Shown here: in pieces, positions 29,759-42,039 of the stretch
Layout: each line of letters opens with the position of its first letter
How positions within the stretch are numbered: the stretch's first letter is position 1
NCBI GenBank assembly: GCA_036229005.1
Contig: JAZAMN010000065.1
Location: forward strand, 1 to 56,462
DNA from: Myxococcota bacterium
Lineage (GTDB): Bacteria > Myxococcota_A > UBA796 > CAJQPC01
DNA length: 56,462 nucleotides
Direction: 5' to 3'
Notes under the pieces: generated by a model
What the model was told of the DNA's origin: nothing
What the model saw: the letters and a program-made list of their open reading frames with translations, nothing else
Database searches by the model: none
Made by a program: the position numbers and the translations under genes

Positions 29759-30688
29759 ATGCCTTTGAACGCCAAGTTCCGGACTTTCCACCAAGCCATT
29801 CACCTTGCTCGGTTCTCCGAGAATGCCATGTTGCGCGAAAAGCGCGACCGGGTCCTCACTCGCCTTCGTAGCAACTGTCAATACAAGTTCGATACGTTCA
29901 ACCAGGGATCCTACGAGATGGGCACTGGCGTGAAGCCGGTGTCCGGGGACTACGACATCGATGTAGGCGTGGTCTTTCCCGTGGAGGACCTGGGGCGGTG
30001 TGATCCCTTGTTGTTGAAGCACCGCGTGTACGACGCAGTCGCTGGCCACACCAACACCGTCTACTGGAAGGAGCCCTGCATCACGGTGCAGTACCGGCAT
30101 CGCGGAGAGCCGGTGTACCACGTCGATCTTGCCGTCTACGCCAAGGACAGATCTGGCCAACTCTTCTTGGCAAGGGGGAAGCAGCACTCGGGCGCTTCCC
30201 AGAGGAAGTTGGAGCGCGCCGACCCGCAGGGCCTCACCGCGGCAATTGGGCGGCGCTGGTCTGGGGAAGACGCGGCGCAGTTTCGCCGCGTCATTCAGTA
30301 CTTGAAGAGGTGGAAGGACTTGCAGTTCCCTATGCAGGGGAACGCAGCCCCCGTGGGAATCGGGCTCACCGTGGTTGGTGATCGGCATTTCTCGCCAGTG
30401 AAGGCGGGATCGTCTCGGTCCTACGATGACTTCACCGCCACGAAATTGCTGGTCGCGGCTATGGCTCGGAGTTTCCAGTGGCGGTGGAGCGGGGGGGCGT
30501 CTGTCCAGCGTCTCTCGGCACAGATTCCGGTCTCGCCGCAGAGTGATGTCTTTGCCAGTATGACCGACCAGAAGATGACCGAGTTCAAGGGGCGAGTTGA
30601 CGCCCTGCGAGACTGTCTTGACGAGGCAGGGCGCACCCTTTCAGCGGCTCCACTCCGTCGGGCGTTCGGGCCCGACTTCCCCCTGTAA
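29759..30688 (+). CDS. CBASS cGAS/DncV-like nucleotidyltransferase (CD-NTase)
   Basis: QGSY.MGT..KP..GDYDIDVG and YHVDLAVY Pol-beta motifs, LKRWKD. Adjacent SAVED effector. More AT-rich codon usage than the backbone. Confidence 0.92.
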   Translation: MPLNAKFRTFHQAIHLARFSENAMLREKRDRVLTRLRSNCQYKFDTFNQGSYEMGTGVKPVSGDYDIDVGVVFPVEDLGRCDPLLLKHRVYDAVAGHTNTVYWKEPCITVQYRHRGEPVYHVDLAVYAKDRSGQLFLARGKQHSGASQRKLERADPQGLTAAIGRRWSGEDAAQFRRVIQYLKRWKDLQFPMQGNAAPVGIGLTVVGDRHFSPVKAGSSRSYDDFTATKLLVAAMARSFQWRWSGGASVQRLSAQIPVSPQSDVFASMTDQKMTEFKGRVDALRDCLDEAGRTLSAAPLRRAFGPDFPL

Positions 30689-30692
30689 GGCG

Positions 30693-31826
30693 ATGTCGTC
30701 TACCAGAATTCCGGACAAGATCAAGCAGGTGCTCTTCGGTCGAGCCGCCGGCAGGTGCGAGTACCGCGGCTGCAACCGACTCCTCTCGGAGGACCACCTG
30801 ACCCGCCGGCAGGGGAAGTTCGGAGTATTCGCCCATATCGTCGCCGACGAACCTGGTGGTCCGCGGGGAGATGTTGTGCTGTCGAAGCGCCTGTCCAAGG
30901 ACATAGACAACGTCATGCTGCTCTGCCTTGAGCACCACAGGTTGGTGGACGTTGACGATGTGGAGGGGCATTCGGTGGAGGTCCTCAGACGCTTCAAGAC
31001 CGAGCACGAGCAGCGGGTCCGGGACCTCACAGAGATCCAAGGTGAGCATCGGACGGTCGTTGTCGTGATGGGGGCCAACATCGGAGGTCGCAAGGGTGTA
31101 GTCAGTCGCGCTGAGGTGCTGGAAGCCGTGCACCCGAGGTACCCCACGGCGGAGTCTGTCGAGATTGATATGACTCGCCTGTTCGTTTCAGACGGTGACC
31201 CATTGGTTTGGCAGGTTGGGGTCCGGGAGATTGAGGGGCGAGCTGCGCAATTGCAGGACTTGTTGATTCGAGTAGGAGTGGCCCACATCTCGGTGTTTGC
31301 CCTCGCCCCAATTCCGCTCTTGATGGTGTTGGGGCGGGCCTTGGGAGACATCGTCGCAGGGGAGCCTCACCAGCGCCGGCGGGACCCACCCGGCTGGACT
31401 TGGCTCCCACCCACCGGCGAAGAGCAGGAGTTCGTGGTGCGCGAGCGTGGCCAGGCCGGGGACGGCACGGCGGTGGCGCTGATGATCAGTGTGAGCGGAG
31501 AGATCGATTTCGAGCGGGTGCTTTCTGTGACGTCCCCCGGAACCTCCGCCATTGAACTGCGGGTGCCGGAGCCCATGACTGACATCGTGCGCACGCAGAG
31601 CCAGGTGCGGGCATTTCGTCGCGCGGTCCGTCGGGCGCTCGCAGAGGTCGTGCGGCGATTCGGGTCAGGGGCGACAGTGCATGTCTTTCCGGCCTTGCCG
31701 AACTCGCTGGCTGTGGCGTTCGGGCAAGCACTCTTGCCCAAGGTTGATCCGCGGATCGTGGTGTATGACAGGAACTCCGACCGGGGCGGCTGGGTACAGG
31801 CTTTGGAGCTTGTGCCGGGGACGTAG
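30693..31826 (+). CDS. CBASS HNH-SAVED endonuclease effector (Cap5-like)
   Basis: RCEYRGC, AHIVA..GGPRG and NVMLLCLEHH HNH/Zn motifs. SAVED motifs SVFALAPIPLL..LG and HVFPALP.SLAV.FG. Confidence 0.9.
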   Translation: MSSTRIPDKIKQVLFGRAAGRCEYRGCNRLLSEDHLTRRQGKFGVFAHIVADEPGGPRGDVVLSKRLSKDIDNVMLLCLEHHRLVDVDDVEGHSVEVLRRFKTEHEQRVRDLTEIQGEHRTVVVVMGANIGGRKGVVSRAEVLEAVHPRYPTAESVEIDMTRLFVSDGDPLVWQVGVREIEGRAAQLQDLLIRVGVAHISVFALAPIPLLMVLGRALGDIVAGEPHQRRRDPPGWTWLPPTGEEQEFVVRERGQAGDGTAVALMISVSGEIDFERVLSVTSPGTSAIELRVPEPMTDIVRTQSQVRAFRRAVRRALAEVVRRFGSGATVHVFPALPNSLAVAFGQALLPKVDPRIVVYDRNSDRGGWVQALELVPGT

Positions 31827-31850
31827 GCCCGTTTGGGGCGGCAAGACTGT

Positions 31851-31893
31851 GCCGCGAGGCCCGGAGTGGCGGCGGGTCATGGGAATCGAACCC
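31851..31893. repeat. Duplicated selC 3' end plus 16 nt of flank (att-like direct repeat)
   Basis: 43 bp matching 32007-32049 with one mismatch. Confidence 0.85.
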
Positions 31894-32022
31894 TGAGGTC
31901 TTGGTTCCCGTTGCAAATGCTCCGAGCCGGCGAGGAGCAGGCTGCTAGGGGAAGCAGGCCGTAAAGCTCTGCGGGTTCGCATTCCATGAGGCGGTGCCTT
32001 GAACAGGCCGCGAGGCCCGGAA

Positions 32023-32123
32023 TGGCGGCGGGTCATGGGAATCGAACCCACCAGGCCTCGCCTCTCGACGCGCCTCGACCGGTTTTGAAGACCGGGGCCG
32101 CCACCAGGTCGGCATCACCCGCC
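32023..32123 (-). tRNA. selC: tRNA-Sec (anticodon UCA)
   Basis: Minus strand GGCGGGTG...CCGGT-CTTCAAA-ACCGG, long variable arm, GTGGG-TTCGATT-CCCAT, GACCCGCC-G-CCA. About 101 nt. Confidence 0.93.
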
Positions 32124-32168
32124 ACCGACCGCTTAGCGCGGGAGGAGGCAGGCAACCACTGCGCGGGC

Positions 32169-32717
32169 TCAGGCGCGCTGGACGCGGGCGGTGATCTGGA
32201 CCATGCGGCCGCCGTGCAGCACGGGGGGCTCGAAGAGCAGGTCGGTGCGGCTCTGCAGGCCCTCCCAGAGGCGCACGCCGCGGCCCAGGACCACCGGCAG
32301 GAAGGTGAGGGTGAGCTCATCCACGAGGCCAGCCTCCAGGGCCTGTCGCACCAGGTCGCCGCCGTCCAGGTAGACGTCCTTGTCGCCAGCGGCGGCCTTG
32401 GCGTGGGCCAGCATGTCCTCGATGGGACCGCAGAGTGCAGAGGCGTTGCCACTCCCAGGTGCCGGGGGGAGGGGACGGTGGGTCGCGACAAACACGGGCC
32501 GCTCCCCATAGAACCAGAGATCGTGATCCAGCGGGACCTGGTAGGTGCGGCGGCCCATGAGGAGGGCACCGATCTGCTCCAGGAAGGCGTCGAAGCCCAA
32601 GCCCGCCGTGGGCGCGTCGGGGTCCGGCTGGAACTCATTGAGGAAGCTCAGGTCGTGCCCGGGCCCGGCGATGCAGCCGTCCAATGAGCAGCCCAGGTAG
32701 ACGCGGACGCGGGGCAT
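32169..32717 (-). CDS. Dihydrofolate reductase / RibD C-terminal family protein
   Basis: SLDG.IA, MGRRTY, DGG..L and LVDEL....P..LG.G motifs. Confidence 0.9.
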   Translation of the reverse strand: MPRVRVYLGCSLDGCIAGPGHDLSFLNEFQPDPDAPTAGLGFDAFLEQIGALLMGRRTYQVPLDHDLWFYGERPVFVATHRPLPPAPGSGNASALCGPIEDMLAHAKAAAGDKDVYLDGGDLVRQALEAGLVDELTLTFLPVVLGRGVRLWEGLQSRTDLLFEPPVLHGGRMVQITARVQRA

Positions 32718-32720
32718 GGG

Positions 32721-34412
32721 TCAGGGCCTCGGAGAGAGGTCCAGGGCCTCCCGCACGGCGCGGAGCAGGTCCCGGGAGCGGAAGGGCTTGGTGAGGATGC
32801 GGAGCTCGTCGTCGTCGTCGAAGCGGCTGGCGAGCCCGTTGGCCGCGTAACCACTCATGATGACGACGGGCAGGCTGGGGAAGCGCTCGCGCAGGGCCTT
32901 GAAGAGGCGGGCGCCGTCCATCTCGGGCATGACCAGATCGGAGAGGACCAGGTCCACGGGGCGCTCGGAGCTCTCGCACAGCGCCAGAGCCTCCTTGCCG
33001 TCGCCGGCCACGCTGACCTGGTAGCCCTCCTGCGCGAGCATGCTCCGGACCACCCGCCGGACGCGGATGTCGTCCTCGGCCAGCAGGATGTGCTCGTCGC
33101 CGCCGCGGATGGGGCGCTCGATCTTGGAGCCCACAGAGGTGGCCGCCCGCTGCACGATGGGCAGGTAGACCTTGAAGGAGGTGCCGACGCCCGGCTCCGA
33201 GTAGACGCGGACCATGCCGCGGTGCTGCTCGACCACGCCAAAGACCACGGCGAGCCCCAGGCCGGTGCCGCCGCGCTCGCCCTTGGTGGTGAAGAAGGGC
33301 TCGAAGACCTTCTCCACGACCTTGGGGGGCATGCCCACGCCGCTGTCGGTGACGCTGAGCAGGACGAAGCGGCCCAGGCGGGCCCAGGGGTGGGTGCTGC
33401 GGTAGTCGGAGTCGATCAGGACGTTCTCGGTCTCCAGGACCAGGCGGCCGCCCTCGGGCATGGCGTCGCGGGCGTTGATGGCCAGGTTCAGGACCACCTG
33501 CTCGAGCTGACCTGGGTCGGCCATGACGGTGCCAAGCTGCTTGCCGGGCAGGTACTCGATGCGGATGCTCTTGGGGAGCAGGCGCTGGAGGAGGCGGTCC
33601 ATGCCCGCCAGCACGTCGTTCAGATCCAGGGGGCGGGGCTGGACGGCCTGGCTGCGGGAGAAGGCCAGGAGCTGGCGGCTCAGAGAAGCGCCACGGCCGG
33701 CGGCCTCTTCGATGCCCTCCAGGAACTCCTGGGCGGGGCTGTCGTCGGGGAGCGACATCCGCGCCAGGTCCAGGTTGCCGAGCACCGCGGTGAGCAGGTT
33801 GTTGAAGTCGTGGGCGACGCCGCCGGCGAGCAGCCCCATGGCCTCCATGCGCTGGGCGCGCAGGAGCTGGGTCTCCACGTCGCGGCGGCGCTGCTCGGCG
33901 CGCAGACGGGCGATGACCACGCTCATCTGGCTGGCCATGCCGTTGAGGAAGGCGAGCTCCTCGTCCGTGGGGAGCATCGGCCCCATCTCGCCAAAGGTGC
34001 CCGTCCCGTAGCAGCCCAGGCTGCGGTCATCGAAGAGCAGGGGCACGTTGATGATGGTGCGGCTGCCCATCGCGGCCACGGCCTCCTGGTTGGGCCGGGG
34101 GTCCAGGGGCGCGTCCTCGACGATCACCGGGGCGCGGGAGCGCAGGATCTCCTCGACCATGCGGTCGCCCTGGATGGAGAACTCGACCATCTCCATGGCC
34201 TCGACGGACTCCCGTCCACCCTCCGCGTGGCCCGCCAGGAACTGGGCCATCTCCCGGTCCAGGTCGAAGAGCGTCAGCCAGCTCGCGCGGTAGCGGGTGT
34301 GCTCAGCCATGGCCTGCGCGGCGATGTCTGCGAGCTCCTGGAAGTTGGAGACCCGCTGGAGCCGGCGCGCCAGGAGGAGCAGGTGCTCGTTGGACTGGGA
34401 GATCGGGCTCAT
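32721..34412 (-). CDS. Hybrid sensor kinase (GAF-HisKA-HATPase-REC)
   Basis: AHDFNNLL, NARDAM, FEPFFTTK, GTGLGL, receiver AEDD..SDLVMP..KPF. Confidence 0.93.
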   Translation of the reverse strand: MSPISQSNEHLLLLARRLQRVSNFQELADIAAQAMAEHTRYRASWLTLFDLDREMAQFLAGHAEGGRESVEAMEMVEFSIQGDRMVEEILRSRAPVIVEDAPLDPRPNQEAVAAMGSRTIINVPLLFDDRSLGCYGTGTFGEMGPMLPTDEELAFLNGMASQMSVVIARLRAEQRRRDVETQLLRAQRMEAMGLLAGGVAHDFNNLLTAVLGNLDLARMSLPDDSPAQEFLEGIEEAAGRGASLSRQLLAFSRSQAVQPRPLDLNDVLAGMDRLLQRLLPKSIRIEYLPGKQLGTVMADPGQLEQVVLNLAINARDAMPEGGRLVLETENVLIDSDYRSTHPWARLGRFVLLSVTDSGVGMPPKVVEKVFEPFFTTKGERGGTGLGLAVVFGVVEQHRGMVRVYSEPGVGTSFKVYLPIVQRAATSVGSKIERPIRGGDEHILLAEDDIRVRRVVRSMLAQEGYQVSVAGDGKEALALCESSERPVDLVLSDLVMPEMDGARLFKALRERFPSLPVVIMSGYAANGLASRFDDDDELRILTKPFRSRDLLRAVREALDLSPRP

Positions 34413-34888
34413 TTGGGGCTCAGGGGGAGGTAGATCTCGGTGCGGAGCGCGCTCTCTTCGGTCTCAGTGGGATCGTCCAGGTAGACCTCCCAGCCCGCGC
34501 CGGGCGCGCGACCGAGGCTGGCCGCGTGCTTGAAGACGCGCTGCCAGGAGGCGCCCATCTTGGAGTACGGACCGGTGTGGACGAGTTTGAGGCCTTCTGC
34601 AGCCTCCGTGCTCCCGGCGCTCAGGCCCGCTTCACTCAGCAGCGCCTGGGGCGGAGGCTCCGCGACGAACGCACCGGCGTGCACATCGGCGATCCCGGTC
34701 TCCATGTCCATGGCCCGCCAGACCGCGACGGGGGCGGAGAGTGGCGCGATGCCCTGGGCAGCCAGCCAGCCGAAGGTCCGGGGGAGCGCCTCCGCGAAGA
34801 AGGGCTGCAGCTCCGTGACCGGCACGCTGCGCCGGAGGCCGATGTAGTGCTGAGGGGGGAGCTGAACGTGCTGGATCTCTTGGGACAC
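34409..34888 (-). CDS. GyrI-like small-molecule-binding protein
   Basis: HTGPY and WEVYLDDP...LRTEIYLP motifs. Confidence 0.85.
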   Translation of the reverse strand: MSQEIQHVQLPPQHYIGLRRSVPVTELQPFFAEALPRTFGWLAAQGIAPLSAPVAVWRAMDMETGIADVHAGAFVAEPPPQALLSEAGLSAGSTEAAEGLKLVHTGPYSKMGASWQRVFKHAASLGRAPGAGWEVYLDDPTETEESALRTEIYLPLSPK

Positions 34889-34920
34889 CTGGCCTCCATC
34901 AGATCCCCTATACCCCAGGA

Positions 34921-36222
<1,302 letters not shown>

Positions 36223-36338
36223 ATGGGCCTCGTTCAGTGGCCCAGGGGGCCTGTTTTGGCGCGCCGACTAAGGCAGGCTGGGGCGCCTGTCCATTCAGCC
36301 GGTGGCTCTGGGGAGGGGACCCCCTTAGCTTCCCAAGC

Positions 36339-36767
36339 ATGGATCCCTCCGACTACGCCGGCCCGCTCGCTGTCACCTTGGCCTACATCGGCCTGTACTA
36401 CGCGTTCGTGATCTGGGTGGGGGTGGTCAAGGCCCGCCGGGCCAAGGCCTGGCGGGAGCGGGGCGAGAAGTTCGACCGCTACTACTCCGAGGATCGCGAG
36501 ATGTTGGCGGCCGACCGCCTGCAGCTCAACACCCTGGAGCAGATGCCGCCCTTTCTGGTGCTGCTGTGGCTGGAGGCGGTCTTTGGGTCGACCACCCTCG
36601 CGACCATCGCTGGCAGCGTCTATGTGGCGGCCCGCGCCCTCTACCCCGTGGTCATGGGGAGCCGGATGGGGCGCGGGGTGAAGGCGAGCATCCTGGCCTC
36701 CACGGTGCCCGGCTACCTGGTGATCTTCTTCTTCCTGGGACACCTGGCCTGGCTGGTGATCTCATGA
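36339..36767 (+). CDS. MAPEG family membrane protein
   Basis: ADR.Q.NTLEQMPPF and YVAAR motifs, four hydrophobic segments. Confidence 0.85.
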   Translation: MDPSDYAGPLAVTLAYIGLYYAFVIWVGVVKARRAKAWRERGEKFDRYYSEDREMLAADRLQLNTLEQMPPFLVLLWLEAVFGSTTLATIAGSVYVAARALYPVVMGSRMGRGVKASILASTVPGYLVIFFFLGHLAWLVIS

Positions 36768-38038
36768 GTCTGCTCTGGCTTGCGGCCTGCGGGTGGTTCC
36801 GCAGCGGGCCCCCCCAGGACACATGGCCGGATCCAGAACCGGTGACCTCGCCGGCGGACTCCCAGGTCAAGGAGGACACGGGGCCCATCGAGCTGACGGG
36901 GTCTACCCTGATCCTTGTGTCGGTCGATGGCTTCTCCCAAGCCTACTGGGAGAGCGCGGACATGCCGGTGCTCAAGGGCTGGGCCGAGCAGGGGACCCGG
37001 GCCGAGGCGCTGATCCCGGTCTACCCGACCAAGACCTTCCCGAACCACTACAGCCAGGTCACGGGGCTCTACCCCTCGCACCACGGGATCGTCGACAACT
37101 CCTTTCGGGACCCGGTGAGCGGCGAGTACTTCGACATGCAGACCCTGGACCCGAAGTGGTGGCTGGGGGAGCCCATCTGGATCACGGCCGAGCGCCAGGA
37201 CGTGAACACCGCGACCTGCTTCTGGCCGGGCTCCGAGGTGAGCTTCGACGGGGACCGCCCGCGCTACTACCTGCCCTACGACGGCTCGATGTCGGGGCGG
37301 GAGCGCGTGGACCAGGTGCTGGAGTGGCTGGACCTGCCCGACGACAAGCGGCCGCGGCTGATCACGCTCTACTTCTCCGACGTGGACTCCGCGGGGCACA
37401 GCTACGGCCCGGGGGCCCACGCGGTGTACCAGGAGCTCAGGGCGGTGGACGGCCACCTCTCGCTGCTGGAGCAGGGGCTGCGGGAGCGGGGGATCCTGGA
37501 CGAGGTGGACCTGATGGTGGTCTCCGACCACGGCATGCAGTCCTTCTCCCGGGACCGGGTGGAGCTGCTGGACGACCACCTGGATCTGGCCACAGTCGAG
37601 GTCTACAGTTGGGCGCAGCACACGACCCTCTCCGCGATCGCGCCCGCGACCACGGAGCAGGTGCTGGAGGCGCTCTCCGGGCTGGAGCACGCCCGCTGCC
37701 ACGCCAAGGCCGACACTCCGGAGCACCTGCACTACGGCGACTCCGAGCGCATCCCCGAGATCGTCTGCCTGCCCGACGACGGCTGGGTGCTGTCCAGCCA
37801 CAGCTACTTTGACAACAGCACGGTGTACTCCAGCGGCGGGACCCACGGCTGGGACCCGGCCTACCCGGCGATGCACGGCGTGTTCGTGGCGCGGGGGCCG
37901 CACATCCAGCAGGGCAGGGTGCACCCGGCTTTCGACCAGGTGCAGCTCTACAACCTGATGGCGAGCATCCTGGAGCTGACCCCCCAGAGCAACGACGGAG
38001 ACCCCAGTGAGGTCTCCGACATGCTGGTCAGCGAGTAG
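36764..38038 (+). CDS. Nucleotide pyrophosphatase/phosphodiesterase (ENPP, alkaline phosphatase superfamily) lipoprotein
   Basis: SVDGF, TKTFPNHY, DSAGH, SDHGM and THGWD motifs. ATGA overlap with the MAPEG gene. Confidence 0.93.
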   Translation: MSLLWLAACGWFRSGPPQDTWPDPEPVTSPADSQVKEDTGPIELTGSTLILVSVDGFSQAYWESADMPVLKGWAEQGTRAEALIPVYPTKTFPNHYSQVTGLYPSHHGIVDNSFRDPVSGEYFDMQTLDPKWWLGEPIWITAERQDVNTATCFWPGSEVSFDGDRPRYYLPYDGSMSGRERVDQVLEWLDLPDDKRPRLITLYFSDVDSAGHSYGPGAHAVYQELRAVDGHLSLLEQGLRERGILDEVDLMVVSDHGMQSFSRDRVELLDDHLDLATVEVYSWAQHTTLSAIAPATTEQVLEALSGLEHARCHAKADTPEHLHYGDSERIPEIVCLPDDGWVLSSHSYFDNSTVYSSGGTHGWDPAYPAMHGVFVARGPHIQQGRVHPAFDQVQLYNLMASILELTPQSNDGDPSEVSDMLVSE

Positions 38039-38061
38039 CCGACCCAGGGGTGCTGTAGGCC

Positions 38062-38616
38062 CTACTTGGTGGGGGCCAGCAGCATGAACATCTGACGGCC
38101 GTCCATGCGGGGCGGCGCCTCGATCTTGGCGATGTCCTTGACCTCTTCGTACACGGCACGGCACTGCTCGGCGCCGATGTCGTGGTGGGCGTGCTCACGC
38201 CCGCGGAAGCGCACGGTCACCTTGACCTTGTCGCCGGCCTCGAGGAAGTCGCGGACCTTCTTGGTCTTGAAGGCCAGGTCGTGGGAGTCGGTCTTGGGAC
38301 GGACCTTGATCTCCTTGACCTGGGTGCGGGTCTCGCGCTGCTTGCGGCGAGCCTCGGTCTGGTTCTTCTGGCGCTCGAACTTGATCCGGCCCCAGTCGCC
38401 GATCCGGCAGACAGGGGGGCGAGCGTTCGGCGCCACCTCGATGAGATCCAGACCGCGTTCCTTGGCGAGTTCCAGGGCGTCACGGGTCATGAATTGTCCC
38501 AGCTTCTCGCCCACCTCGTCGATGAGCAGGATGCGGGGGATGCGGATCTGTTCGTTGACGCGGGGCTCGTCAACTGCGCGGCGCGGGATCGCGCGGCGTG
38601 AGGGTCGGCGACGAAT
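38062..38616 (-). CDS. infC: Translation initiation factor IF-3 (ATT start)
   Basis: RVNEQIR, LDLIEVAPNA.PPVC, VKEIK and GDKVKV..RFRGRE motifs. AAGGAG 7 nt upstream of in-frame ATT at 38616. Confidence 0.96.
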   Translation of the reverse strand: MRRRPSRRAIPRRAVDEPRVNEQIRIPRILLIDEVGEKLGQFMTRDALELAKERGLDLIEVAPNARPPVCRIGDWGRIKFERQKNQTEARRKQRETRTQVKEIKVRPKTDSHDLAFKTKKVRDFLEAGDKVKVTVRFRGREHAHHDIGAEQCRAVYEEVKDIAKIEAPPRMDGRQMFMLLAPTK

Positions 38617-38685
38617 GGCTAGGCTCCTTGGTTGGATTCAAGCGGGAACGACCAGCAGAAGGGCAGGTGTTCAGGCGATGACAAT

Positions 38686-40222
<1,537 letters not shown>

Positions 40223-40230
40223 GCGCGCCT

Positions 40231-40248
40231 TGGGGGCCTGCGCCCCCA
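40231..40248. terminator. GC-rich hairpin between convergent hemB and pyrC
   Basis: tgggggc-ctgc-gccccca stem-loop with no strong adjacent U-tract. Confidence 0.35.
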
Positions 40249-40278
40249 GTCAAAATCTGGAAGGTGAAATCTCCGATT

Positions 40279-41604
40279 TCACCTGCCGGCGTCCCAGAAG
40301 CGGACGGGCTGGCCTGCGGGCTTGCCGATCAGCTCGTCCTCGCGCATGACGATGTTGCCGCGGATGATGGTGGCCAGAGGCCAGCCGTGGACGGTGTGGC
40401 CGACAAAGGGGGACCACCCGCACTTGGAGGCGATCCAGGACTCCTGGATCTCTCGGACGGCGGCGAGGTCGACGACCGTGAAGTCCGCGTCGTACCCCAA
40501 CGCGATGCGGCCCTTGCCCCGCAGGTTGTAGAGGCGCTGGGGCCCAGCCGAGGTCAGGTCGATGAGGCGCTGCATGCTCAGGCGGCCCTGGTGGACGTGC
40601 TCCAGCATCAGGGGCAGCAGGGTCTGGACGCCGGGCATGCCGGAGGGGCTGGCGGGGTAGGGGCGCGCTTTTTCGTCGCGGGTGTGGGGGGCGTGGTCGG
40701 AGCCGAGCACGTCGACGGTGCCGTTGCGCACGGCCTCCCACAGGGCGTCCTGGTGCTCCTTGCTGCGGATGGGCGGGTTCATCTGGGCGAAAGTGCCCAG
40801 GCGCTCGTAGCAGTCGGGGGCGTGCAGGGTCAGGTGCTGGGGCAGGATCTCGCAGGTGGCGATGTCCTTGTGCTGGGCCAGCAGGGCCATCTCCTGGGCG
40901 GTGGTGACGTGCAGGACGTGCACCGGGCGCCCCACCTTGGCGGCCACCGTGAGCAGGCGCTGGGTGGCGATGAGCGCGGTCTGCTCGTCGCGCCAGTGGG
41001 GGTGCAGGGAGGCGTCGGCGCCGTCGACCTGGACCATGGGCTTGCGCGCGGTCAGGCGGGCTTCGTCTTCGCAGTGCACGGCGACCCGGCGGCGGCCCTT
41101 GCGGAGCACGGCCTCCAAGACCTCGGGGTCGTCGACCAGCAGGGAGCCGGTGGAGGAGCCCATGAAGATCTTGACGCCGCAGCAGCCCTCTTCGAGCTCG
41201 ATGCGGGCCAGCTCGTCCACGTTCTCAGCGGCGGCGCCAATGAAGAAGGCGAAGTCGGTCCAGGCCGTCTCGCGCCCGCGCTGGACCTTGTAGGCCAGGT
41301 CCTCGGAGGAGAGGGTGGAGGGCTTGGTGTTGGGCATCTCGAAGACGGCGGTCACGCCGCCCAGCGCTGCGCCGGCGGTCCCGGTGTGCAGGTCTTCTTT
41401 GTGGGTGAGCCCGGGCTCGCGGAAGTGCACCTGGGTGTCGATGACGCCGGGCATGACCTGCAGGCCGGTGGCGTTGAAGACCTGGGCCGCCTTGGAGGCG
41501 TCCAGATCGCCCATGGCGACGATGCGGCCATCTTGGACGCCGACGTCGATGTTCTCGGGGCCGTTGGGCGTCCAGACGGTGCCGCCCTTGAGGATCAGGT
41601 CCAT
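40279..41604 (-). CDS. pyrC: Dihydroorotase (amidohydrolase family)
   Basis: DTQVHFREPG, EMPNT, KIFMG, HCED, MNPPIR and SDHAPH motifs. Confidence 0.88.
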   Translation of the reverse strand: MDLILKGGTVWTPNGPENIDVGVQDGRIVAMGDLDASKAAQVFNATGLQVMPGVIDTQVHFREPGLTHKEDLHTGTAGAALGGVTAVFEMPNTKPSTLSSEDLAYKVQRGRETAWTDFAFFIGAAAENVDELARIELEEGCCGVKIFMGSSTGSLLVDDPEVLEAVLRKGRRRVAVHCEDEARLTARKPMVQVDGADASLHPHWRDEQTALIATQRLLTVAAKVGRPVHVLHVTTAQEMALLAQHKDIATCEILPQHLTLHAPDCYERLGTFAQMNPPIRSKEHQDALWEAVRNGTVDVLGSDHAPHTRDEKARPYPASPSGMPGVQTLLPLMLEHVHQGRLSMQRLIDLTSAGPQRLYNLRGKGRIALGYDADFTVVDLAAVREIQESWIASKCGWSPFVGHTVHGWPLATIIRGNIVMREDELIGKPAGQPVRFWDAGR

Positions 41605-41665
41605 GGGTACCTCGCTTGTGGAGGCATGCCCTAACGAGTCTGGCGTTGGCTAGGATAGCCGAAGC

Positions 41666-41998
41666 CTACCCAGGCTGCGGAACGGGAGCGCTGCATGCCC
41701 CGTAGTCAGCGGCGTGAAGACCTGCGCCTGCCGCGAATGTCGCCGCGGTCGCGCTAAGCAGTAGGCTTGCGACCCCCGTTCCATAGCTGACCCACTGTTG
41801 GTCATTTGGAACTGCGGTGAGGATCGCGCCACCACCTGCCAGAACCTCAAGTCCGGCGGCCGTCACGCCCCAGACGAACATCGACTTTCTAATGTCTGTG
41901 CATTGTTCATCACTGGAGTAGGCAGCGGCACGGTCGAAGGGATTTCGAGCCTCTGCCGTTGTTGAATTGAGCGTCAGTGCAAGTAGTGCTGGACCCAT
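41666..41998 (-). CDS. Small hypothetical secreted or membrane protein (two hydrophobic helices between two Cys)
   Basis: Signal-like N-terminus ending TAEA, GAGGGG 9 nt upstream of ATG 41998. Lower-GC islet. Alternative start 42007. Confidence 0.5.
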   Translation of the reverse strand: MGPALLALTLNSTTAEARNPFDRAAAYSSDEQCTDIRKSMFVWGVTAAGLEVLAGGGAILTAVPNDQQWVSYGTGVASLLLSATAATFAAGAGLHAADYGACSAPVPQPG

Positions 41999-42039
41999 GG
42001 TAGACATCCCCTCTGGACTGCAGTGAATTGGAGGTTGGC

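Noticed and set aside
36764..38038. ENPP phosphodiesterase as a CBASS signal-degrading regulator
   Set aside because: It is a predicted exported lipoprotein with host-like codon usage, 5 kb away and coupled to a MAPEG gene. Nothing links it to CBASS.
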